Source: Octopus vulgaris (taxonomy: Eukaryota). Taken from it: 64,000 nucleotides of DNA. Under the pieces are notes generated by a model that saw only the letters and a list, made by a program, of their open reading frames with translations, was not told the DNA's origin and made no database searches. The stretch spans positions 49,166,001 through 49,230,000 of the forward strand of contig OX597832.1 of assembly GCA_951406725.2 (NCBI GenBank). The letters run 5' to 3'. Within the stretch, counting starts at the first letter, position 1. Each line of letters starts with the position of its first letter. The translations under genes were made by a program, and so were the position numbers. Positions 54,868 through 64,000 of the stretch are shown here, one piece after another.

Positions 54868-55218
54868 TAATAATAGTAATAATAATAATAATACTATTAC
54901 TGCTACTACTACTACTATTAGTACTGCTACTACTACTACTACTAATACTACTACTACTACTATTACTACTGCTACTACTACTAATACTAATACTAATACT
55001 ACTACTATTACTACTGCTACTACTACTATTACTACTGCTACTACTACTACTACAACTACTGCTGCTACTACTACTGCTATTACTACTGCTGCTACTACTA
55101 CTATTACTAATACTAATACTATGTGGAGAAGGTGGTGTTCAGTTGAAATATACAGCTATAATAGTTCTCTCCGCTTCGCATTTTTCGGACTATTTATAGG
55201 CACGGTATGCTGACAATT

Positions 55219-55452
55219 GTGGAGGCGCGTGGCTTAGTGGTTAGGGTGTCAGCATCATGATCGTAAGATTGTGGTTTCGATTCCTGGACCGGGCGACGCG
55301 TTGTGTTCTTGAGCAAAACACTTCATTTCACGTTGCTCCAGTCCACTCAGCTGGAAAAAATGAGTAACGCTGCGATGGACTGGGGAACACATACGCCATA
55401 GAAACTGGGAAACCGGACCCATGAGCCTGGCTAGGCTTTAAGAGGACGTACT
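55219..55452 (+). mobile_element. V-domain-like tRNA SINE
   Basis: tRNA head; ttgtgttcttgagcaaaacact, ctgcgatggactgg and gaaaccgg motifs. Confidence 0.75.
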
Positions 55453-55907
55453 TATTTTTATTTATGCTGACAATTAAACACAGTACAGTACCGTTTAAGT
55501 ACAATATAATGGTGTTTAGATATGCTGTAGTGTGAACTAACCCTTTAGCATACGTATGGCCCTTTATTAGTAAGGAAAATTGTCTAATAAAGGGGCATAT
55601 AAGCCCCCGAGAGAAAAAAGAAGACTTTCCTATCCGCGTGGAACGTGAACCCACATCCTTTTGTTAAACTCTGTCTCTGTCAAATTTAAGAACTGTATTA
55701 GTTCCCATTTGTTTTATGTAAACAAACTTTCTATATGCTTTCGGTTTGTATGGTTTTGTTATACGGTGCCGTGTTTTACAATCCTGCAAATAATACTAAT
55801 GGTATTTTATATAAACTTAAAGCTTATGGCGATCACCATGCAATGACTAAGAAGAATAGTCTAATAAAGGGCCATATAAGCCCTAAACAGAAAAAGAACC
55901 ATTCGCA

Positions 55908-55968
<61 letters not shown>

Positions 55969-55979
55969 AGAGAGAGAGA

Positions 55980-56012
<33 letters not shown>

Positions 56013-56015
56013 GGG

Positions 56016-56314
56016 GTGGAGGCGCAATGGCCCAGTGGTTAGGGCAGCGGACTCGCGGTCGTAGGATTGCGGTTTCGATTTCCAGACCGGGCGTTGTGAG
56101 TGTTTATTGAGCGAAAACACCTAAAGCTCCACGAGGCACCGGCAGGGGGTGGTGGCGAACCCTGCTGTACTCTTTCGCCACAACTTTCTCCCACTCTTTC
56201 TTCTGTTGGCCTGCTCGCTTAGCCAGCGGGGTGGCGTCATTTGACGGCTAAAACAATGTGAAGCGCATTGTGACCAGCGATGTGTAGCAACATCTGATAG
56301 CCTGGTCGGTCACG

Positions 56315-56318
<4 letters not shown>
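56016..56318 (+). mobile_element. SINE family C, tail type 2
   Basis: Family C head with tail ...aacaatgtgaagcgcattgtgaccagcg...cacggtgata. Confidence 0.9.
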
Positions 56319-56390
<72 letters not shown>

Positions 56391-56945
56391 ACGGATTTCT
56401 TTCAGTTTCCTTCTACCAAATTCCATTCACAATTCTTTGGTCAGCCCGGTGGGGGGACTATAGAAGCCACTTGCGTAATGTGCCACGCAGTGGGACTGAA
56501 GCCGGAACTATGTTGTTGGAAAGCAAACTTCTCACCACACATCCACGTCTGCACCTATATATACAATATGTAGGCACTGGCGCTGTAATATTTTGTCTCA
56601 TAAATCCCTGTCAATCGCACTTTTGCGTCAAAAACACAAGCCTCTGCTCAGAATGCCAATATATCGCTTATTGCTCAGTTTCAATCTGATGAGTTTCATC
56701 AGTGATAAATAACCTGAGCGTTCGGAGCTAAACCAAAAATGCTTATTCTGATAAAGAAATTGGTAAACAAAATATTTACTGGTGTCTGTGACAACCAGCC
56801 AGGCTGTGATTAAATTAATATACGCACTTGAAACAACTTCAGATTATATATACAGGCGTGTATAATATTTGTGATGTGTGAACAAAAATGGAACGGCTCT
56901 AGGTATAATATTTCTCCCAGAGAATTTTTCAAAGAGACTAGCATA

Positions 56946-57088
56946 AAAATAGAACCGTTTAAACATATTATAGTACCATGTAAACATAATTTAATATCGC
57001 TGAGACATAGTACCGTGTCGTTGAAACATGGTAAGCATTTAAACATATTATATTGCAGTTGAATTATAATACAGCATCGTTGAAAGTT
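56946..57088. repeat. Degenerate 21-bp minisatellite
   Basis: Units ending aaacat/agacat at mostly 21-bp spacing; related units at 55470-55525. Confidence 0.6.
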
Positions 57089-57486
57089 AGCGTTAATGAA
57101 AAGCATTGCCGCGCGTACACTAGTGGCTCTCGCGTTTTTTTTTGTCTGGTTCTGCAATGTTAAACATAAAGGAGCTATTGTTTGTACTAAAATATGTATA
57201 TAAGACAAGATGGCTACCCAAGTGGAAAAGATGCGGCTAGATAGCAAAACCACGAAAGGGTAAAGAGATGAAGAGAAACCTAGAACAACAGATGCTGCCG
57301 TTGCAACTACACTGCTTCAACAACAACAACAACAACAACAACAACTACTACTACTACTACTACTACTACTAATACTAATACTATTGCTGCTGCTGCTACT
57401 ACTACTACAACTACTACTAAGAGGAGGAGGTGTGCATTTGACATATCGCTATAATAGTCAAATCCATTTCGTATATTTTTATCTCA

Positions 57487-57895
57487 TTTTTTTTACTTAT
57501 TTCAGTCATTTGACTGTGGCCATGGTGGAGCACCACCTTTAGTCGAATCAAATCGATCCCAGGACTTATTTTTGTAAGACTAGTACTTATTCTATGGGGG
57601 GGGGGGTTGCCGACCCGCTAAGTTACGGAGACGTTATCACACCAGCATCGGTTGTCAAACGATGTTGGCGGGACAAACACAGACATAGAAACATATACGC
57701 ACACACACATATAAATATATACATATATACGACGGGCTTCTTTCAGTTTCCGTCTACCAAGTCCACTCACAAGGCTTTGGTCGGCCCGAGGCTATAGTAG
57801 AAGACACTTGGCCAAGGTGCCACGCAGTGGGACTGAACCCGGACCCATGTGGTTGGTTGACAAGCTACTTACCACGCAGCCACTCCTACGCCTAT
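57487..57895 (-). mobile_element. SINE family A
   Basis: Full-length match. Confidence 0.9.
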
Positions 57896-58204
57896 AAATA
57901 GATTTGGTAAACTACAATGGGCGTATGTTGTTCAATTCCAAGCGGATGTTTGCAGCTTTGCTGAACGGCTTGGAGAAATCTCGGCCTGAAAAAGGTAGAA
58001 ATTAAAACTTGTCATGAAGGTTGGTCGCACATTTTCATAGAAGAAATGAAATAATATGACAACTGAGGTACGAGGAGTACTGAGTGGCCGTGTGAGGTTC
58101 AAATATTTTGTTGAAAAACGCTGTTTCATACCCACGTCTGAAAGCATTTTCGGGTCACTTCTAAATGTGTGAATCGGAAATTAGGGGCTTGATATATTGA
58201 GTTC

Positions 58205-58993
58205 AAAATTTGGTACATGGTCAGCAATTCCGTGAGAGGAAGTAAGTCGATTACATCGACCCCAGTACTCAAATGGTACTTATTTTATCGACCCCGAAAT
58301 GATGGAAAACAAATTCTACCTCGGCGGAATTTAAACTCAGAACGTAAAGACAGACGAAATACCTATTTCTTTACTACCCACAAGGGGCTAAACACAGAGG
58401 GGACAAACAAGGACAGACAAATAGATTAAGTCAATTACATCGACCCCAGTGCGTAACTGGTTCTTAATTTATCGACCCCGAAAGGATGAAAGGCAAAGTC
58501 GACCTCGGCGGAATTTAAACCCAGAACGTAAAGATACACGAAATACCGCTAAGCATTTCACCCGACATGCTAGCGTTTCTTAATTCTTTATTGCCCACAA
58601 GGAGTTAAACATAGAGGGGACAAACAAGGATAGACAAAGGGATTAAGTCGATTACATCGATCCCAGTGCGTAACTGGTACTTAATTTATCGACCCCGAAA
58701 GTATAAAAGGCAAAGTCGACCTCGGCGGAATTTAAACTCAGAACATAAAGACAGACGAAATACCTATTTCTTTACTACCCACAAGGGGCTAAACACGGAG
58801 AGGACAAAGACAGACAAAGGGATTAAGTCGATTACATCGACCCCAGTGCGAAACTGGTACTTAATTTATCGACCCCGAAAGTGTAAAAGGCAAAGTCGAC
58901 CTCGGCGGAATTTAAACTCAGAACATAAAGATAGACGAAATACCGCTAAGCATTTCGCCCGACATGCTAACGTTTCTGCCGACTCGCCGCCTT
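58205..58993 (-). mobile_element. Family B SINE tetramer
   Basis: Four units with the recurrent junctions. Confidence 0.88.
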
Positions 58994-60109
58994 AAATAGA
59001 TTGACATATTGTCTTAATAACTCTAATGCTGAGATTTGTCTCTTGTAGTATTTCTCTTGACTTGTCCGCAATTTCCTGCCAATGCCAACAGATCAGGAAC
59101 TGCATGACTTCGCGCTGCATTTATCTTATCGGGGCTTGTCACTCATGTACAACACTCATGGGAATATTGTTTCTGAGTTACATGAGTAGTATGTTACTTA
59201 CGTACAGTTTGAACAGTTACATATACCACAAGAGAAAGTATATAAATCTTAACGTAAATGTAACTTTGCTTTTGTTTTCAGGTAGATTAATAATACAACA
59301 TTAGAACATTTGCTAACATATGAACAACAGATGTAGATTTTAGAGTCAAGTGTATATGTTATATATGTAAGAACATAATGAGCGTTACATAGAAAATAAC
59401 ACTTACCTACTTGGAGTTCAAAGAGCTACTCAAAGTTTAGATAAATATATTCGTTCTCATCTGAAGCATACAGCAATAGTTATAATAGATTTACATAATG
59501 ACAGAAGAGAATTATCCAGGTATGCCTGCTGCATGAAATACATACGGTTAAGTGAACATTAACATATATATATAGTAATCCAAAAAATTTTAATCAATGA
59601 AAGTAGCAGCTGTAGTGATGTGGAAAAAAATGTAGTAATGACTAATTCGAGTAAAGGAAAACAATGGAGACCACCCTGGAATGTAAAACTTTAATTTAAA
59701 ATGAAGAGTGATTAAATTCTCTTTATTCCTCGAGTTTAGCCTTCATGCAAGAATGTTAATTAATTCTGATTGTGGTAGAACATTTAACTGATCAGTGATG
59801 ACATAATCAAAATGTTTTTTTAGAAGAAATTTCTCGTCCAGATCGATAGTAGAAAGAAGACATCTGACCAAGTAGCAGCGCTGTGGGGCTGTTCCGAGTT
59901 CCTTAACCACAGCCATGCCTGCGGTTGAAAGGCTTGAAAAGACTTCACCTCAGATGTTCAGCTGCTATTACATGCATATCAGCCTATCCTGTGCTATAGT
60001 TAACAAACAGAAGACTCGTTGGTATGTAGTCCAAAATTAAAAGTTGTGTGACGAAACCGGATTTAAAATTCCAATATACTCAACAACTTAAGTTTATGTA
60101 TCTTTTCCA

Positions 60110-60509
60110 TTTTTATCTTTTACTTGTTTCATTCATTGGACTACGGCCATGCTGGGGCACCGCCTTGCGGAAATTTTAGTCGAATGAATAGACCTCAGTG
60201 CTTATTGTCTTTTTGTAAGCCTGGTACTTATTCTATCGGACGTTTCTGCCGAACTGCTAAGTTATGTGGACGTAAGCACACTAAAATCAGTTGTCAAACA
60301 GTTATGGGGAATAAATACAAACACACAAACACACATACATATATATAGGAGCAGGAGTGGCTATGTGGTAAAAAGCTTGCTTCTCAACAACATGGTTCGG
60401 GTTCAGTTCTACTGCGTGGCACCTTGGGCAAGTGTCTTCTACTATAGCCTCGGGCTGACCGAAGCCTTGTGAGTGGATTTGGTAGACGGAAACTGAAAGA
60501 AGCCCGTCG

Positions 60510-60600
<91 letters not shown>

Positions 60601-60990
60601 ATGTGTGTATTTGTGTCTGTGATTGTCCCCTAAACATCGCTAGACAACCGTTGCTGGTGCGTTTGCGTCCCCGTAACTTAGCGGTTCGGCAAAAGAGGCC
60701 TATAGAATAAGTACTAGGCTTACAAAAATACGTCCTTTTGCTTGACTAAAGGCGGTGCTCCAGCATGGCCTCAGTCAACTGACTGAGAACAGGTACAAGA
60801 GAGAGTAAAGAGTAAGAGTATATATAACGAGCTTCTTTCAGTTTCCGTCTACCATATTCAGTCACAAGGCTTTGGTAGGGCTGAAGTATGGAAGAAGAAA
60901 CATACCCTTTGGTGCCATTCAGTGAGACTGAATCCGGAACTCTGTCGTTGGAAACCTAGCTTCTTACCACGCAGCCACGCCGACGCCTGT
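60110..60990. mobile_element. Younger family A SINE (+, 60347-60818) nested in an older minus-strand copy
   Basis: Old tail 60110-60345 and old head 60826-60990. Confidence 0.82.
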
Positions 60991-61804
60991 TTCAAAAAAT
61001 ATATATCACACAAAGCATCAAAAATATAAACGCACACACTCAAACACATATACAAGTACCACCTAATTGTTGAACTTTACATTAAAAGACAAAGAAAATA
61101 CCATAATAACAGGTATACTGAATAAATGTTGAATTATTCAACAAACAATGACAATGTTTAAAATAAAGTAATTTTATGCATGAATGACAAGTATGGTTTA
61201 CAGTATAACATTACAGTTATAATGAAGCTAATTTGCATATCGATCCGTTACTATAATGGCTGATAACGATTGTGTTAGAAGACAGTTGTACATTAATATG
61301 TCTTCTTTATCATCCGCCATTACCCTCACTCAGGTCTATAACATTTCTCTTTAGTAATAGGTGTTACTTTTGTGTTTTATTTTGTTGTTTTGGTTTTGAT
61401 ATTTGAAACTGCTTGCTTGATTATTACCTAATTGTTGGTTGTTGTATCTCAGAAGCTATTAAAGTTTTGTTTGGTTATGATATTTGTTTCAATAATTATT
61501 AAGCAAAGTTGAATTTTTTTTTTTTTAAGGTGTGGAGCGTCTTTATGTTTTAATGTTTTGTTAATGTTTCCAAATGTCAAAGTGAGTCTTTCAGAATGTT
61601 ATTTGAAAGTAGATTATGCATTCAAAAGAAAACCAACGTATGATTTAAGCTTACCAGAGAAGTTTATGTAATGTAGAAAAAGACACGTTAACAAAGTACT
61701 CTGCGAAGCCTTCCAGCTGGGAAACATCGTGAATATTATACAAGGGTGGGCCAAAAGTCAATCACAAAATAAGTTCAGTACGTTCTGGAATTATCAAAGA
61801 CATA

Positions 61805-62006
61805 CTCTTTTTACTTGTTTCAGTCATTTGACTGCAGCCATGCTGGAGCACCGCATTTAGTCGAGCAAATCGACCCCGGGACTTATTCTTTGTTAGCCCA
61901 GTACTTATTCTATCGGTCTCTTTTGCCGAACCGCTAAGTGACGGGGACTTAAACACACCAGCATCGGCTGTCAAGCAATGCTAGGGGGACAAATACAGAC
62001 ACACAA

Positions 62007-62063
<57 letters not shown>

Positions 62064-62226
62064 TACGACAGGCTTCTTTCAGTTTCCGTCTACCAAATCC
62101 ACTCACAAGGCTTTGGTCGGCCCGAGGCTATAATAGAAGACACTTGCCCAAGGTGCCACGCAGTGGGACTGAACCCGGAACCATGTGGTTGGTAAACAAG
62201 CTACTTACCACACAGCCACTCCTGCT
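61805..62226 (-). mobile_element. SINE family A
   Basis: Full-length match. Confidence 0.92.
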
Positions 62227-62330
62227 TCAATTTTTTTAAAAAATTGAATGAAATAAATAAAATAATAATGAATACACACGCACATATACACGGTGAACAA
62301 AATTGATAATAATAATGATAATAATAATAA

Positions 62331-62708
62331 TATGCAGTGCCAGGCAGTGGCTTTCGTGGCTTCTGATCTTAACTGATTGTCAGTGTTATCATTTACATTG
62401 TTTTGTCTTGGTATAAAAGATGGCCTACAGCATATATTCTGCTCAGTACCACAGCTTTGCTTGTCAGTTGTTTGACCTTAACCAGTTCAGCTTGTCACTT
62501 AGTGGCTGATGATATGCGCATCTCTGATCACGAGCAGAAGTAGTGAGAGCATCATATTCATGTATTGAGAGGAATTCTTTGGGGTTTGGATAATTTACCT
62601 CTAGAAACTTGGGAGTTTCGTTCAAAACTCTTAAATGATCTTTACTCGGGGACTTTTTGAGCAGAATGGGCTACTCGACTTGAAGAAAATTCTAACTGCA
62701 AGGTCATG
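62331..62708 (+). mobile_element. Older copy of the (AAT)n-associated element
   Basis: Follows an (aat)n tract; homologous to 53318-53760. Confidence 0.72.
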
Positions 62709-62898
62709 CGCAGAGTGAAGCCACTTGGCACAGATTACCGTTCAGCTGTGCTGTGCATGCGCACTATGTTTTAACATTCTAGTTCAATTCCGCTGTTTAC
62801 AGCAGTGCTTGGAAGGAAGGTGTGTAGCGTTTGATTGTCGCATTGACCATGACAGAGAAAGTTGTCATGGCGACACCTGCTCAGAGGCCTACGCAAAG

Positions 62899-63455
62899 TT
62901 GCCGTTACGTTCTGAGTTCAAATTCTGCCGAGGTCGACTTTGCCTTTCATCCTTTCGGGGTTGATTAAATAAGTACCAGTTACGCACTGGGGTCGATGTA
63001 ATCGACTTAATCCCTTTGTCTGTCCTTGTCTGTCCCCTCTGTGTTTATACCCTTGTGGGTAGTAAAGAAATAGGTATTCCGTCTGCCGTTACGTTCTGAG
63101 TTCAAATTCTGCCGAGGTCGACATTGCCTTTCATCCTTTCGGGGTCGATTAAATAAGTACCAGTTACGCACTGGGGTCGATGTAATCGACTTAATCCCTA
63201 TGGCTGTCCTTGTCTGTCCCCTCTATGTTTATCCCATCGTGGGCAATAAAGAAATAAGAAACGTTAGGACGCCGGACGAAACGTTTTGCAGTATTTCGCC
63301 TGTCTTTACGTTCTGAGTTCAAATTCCACCGAGGTCAACTTTGCATGTCATCCATTCGGGGTTGATAAATTAAGTACCAGCTGTGTGCTAGGGTCGATCT
63401 AATTGACTGGCCCCCTCCCCAAACCTTTCGGACCTTGTGCCTAGAGTAGAAAAGA
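62899..63455 (+). mobile_element. Family B SINE trimer; last unit has the older tail
   Basis: Junctions aaata|ggtattcc and aaata|agaaacgtt. Confidence 0.88.
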
Positions 63456-64000
63456 ATATAGTCCCACTCCGCTTTTTAGACCTACATTCAACCTGTCTGA
63501 AGCTTCTCTATAAAGACTTACTTTTGAAAATATCTTAAATGAATTAATGAATTGCATGATTTCACTTTGTGGTAATGACCGCAAGATATAGAATAATTTT
63601 CTCATGCTGTTCTCTCCGGATTTGCTGACGAAGAAAACGCGTTTGCGCATATATTTTGATAACCATTTACTTGCTAGAAAAAAACTTGCAGACGGATACA
63701 CCCAACACACACAAATACACATACACTCGCTCACTCACACGTGTGCACGCAGACATGTATACATTTTAATATGCCAGCATTCATGTATTCCCCTGTGCTT
63801 TTCCGGTCACATCACTTATATTTTATTGAATTATAAGTCTGATTGTGATGTAATGTAATATGATATTCAAGTTCATTAGCAATAGAAAACAATGTGCTTG
63901 CGCGTGTATGTGTGTGAGTGTGCGTGTGTGTGTGTATGCATGTGTGTATTTTCGTCAATTTATTTTCCCCAGAGGCACCAGCGAATAGCAGTAAAAAATA

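Larger units (their letters stand above)
51958..55120. repeat. (AAT)n/(ATC)n/(ACT)n trinucleotide field
   Basis: Visible tracts alternating with insertions. Confidence 0.93.

Noticed and set aside
53659-55213. Poly-Y/I/N/T ORFs
   Set aside because: Trinucleotide repeats open in several frames on both strands
56810-57253. 147-aa ORF with 7-aa periodicity
   Set aside because: Explained by a degenerate 21-bp minisatellite

Overview
AT-rich, repeat-saturated animal DNA. The SINE and microsatellite repertoire looks like an octopus (coleoid cephalopod) intron or intergenic region; this is inferred from remembered repeat families, not from a search. I found no intact host protein-coding gene, and almost all ORF-track entries are microsatellite or SINE read-throughs. 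The window holds dozens of tRNA-derived SINEs of four types: CORE-like family A, Meta-domain family B (often in head-to-tail arrays), family C with two alternative tails, and a V-like type. It also holds decayed LINE pieces (Tx1/L1-like ORF1, ORF2 and putative 3'UTR; a 5'-inverted RTE; R4/Dong 3' ends in an (AAT)n field), a mariner remnant, non-autonomous Helitrons, minisatellites and a candidate non-coding exon. The most interesting signal is a set of short (~200-550 bp) ORF-less elements mostly lodged in or beside (TA)n tracts. They carry hammerhead-ribozyme folds: three with intact cores (21620-21666 -, 41932-41990 +, 48766-48800 +), three with single core substitutions, and several decayed. 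Related elements carry long fold-back hairpins. They probably derive from Penelope-like elements (pseudo-LTR or retrozyme-like). All folds and alignments were done by eye; repeat boundaries are approximate.
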